Shown: one piece after another, positions 16,950-17,176 of the stretch
How positions within the stretch are numbered: the stretch's first letter is position 1
Layout: each line of letters opens with the position of its first letter
NCBI GenBank assembly: GCA_013416795.1
Contig: RQSC01000007.1
Location: forward strand, 1 to 17,176
Direction: 5' to 3'
Source: Prasinococcaceae sp. CCMP 1430
Taxonomy: Eukaryota > Plantae > Prasinodermophyta
Length of the DNA stretch: 17,176 nucleotides
Made by a program: the position numbers and the translations under genes
Notes under the pieces: model-generated
Databases searched by the model: none
The model's input: the letters and a program-made list of their open reading frames with translations, nothing else
What the model was told of the DNA's origin: nothing

Positions 16950-17176
16950 CGTCGCGGGGAAGCGGGAGCCCAGCGCGCCGCGCCCCGTCCACACCGCGTG
17001 CCGAACCCGCGCTCTGGCGCCCGCACGGGCTGCACCTCGAACCCCGCGTCGCCCAGTGGCCACAGAAACCTTATCCATCAGCCGAGGGGGAGCGCTGTGC
17101 GGCACACGGCGCGCGGCACACCCGTGCCAGCGCGCCCGCGCGCCGGCCTGCCGCGCGCCATGGCGTGCCGCGGCTG

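Noticed and set aside
175-17105. Numerous Arg/Ala/Pro-rich overlapping and antisense ORFs
   Set aside because: Expected shadow ORFs at this GC content; no motifs, and they overlap well-supported genes.
1-17176. tRNA, rRNA, CRISPR array, telomeric repeats, transposase or reverse-transcriptase genes
   Set aside because: No cloverleaf, spacer-repeat array, (TTTAGGG)n, terminal inverted repeats or mobile-element protein motifs seen; a covariance-model search would be needed to exclude small ncRNAs.

Overview
Gene-dense, very GC-rich eukaryotic scaffold, most likely a prasinophyte-grade green alga. This is inferred from spliceosomal introns with GT(G/A)CG donors and CT(G/A)AC branch sites, TGTAA after three stop codons, and DUF3054 and At4g15545/NAIP homologues. 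I can support ten protein-coding genes, six of them spliced and so fragmented in the ORF track: class IV sirtuin (+), conserved hypothetical 'VPHRL' protein (-, 3 exons, not visible as one ORF), aldo-keto reductase (+), DUF3054 membrane protein (+, partly in a gap), SGNH-type esterase (+), type-I membrane protein with four cohesin-like repeats (+), tandem MYCBP-like/EF-hand protein (-), NAIP/At4g15545-like protein (+), orphan coiled-coil protein (+) and a small ankyrin-LRR protein (-). There are two assembly gaps, CA/TG/CG microsatellites and two poly-G tracts. I saw no RNA genes, CRISPR arrays or mobile elements. The most unusual items are the scaffoldin-like cell-surface protein with patchwork repeat divergence, the tandem MYCBP-EF-hand architecture, a SIM+NLS insertion in the sirtuin, and inverted microsatellites bracketing an exon. 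Family assignments come from recognised motifs, not database searches.
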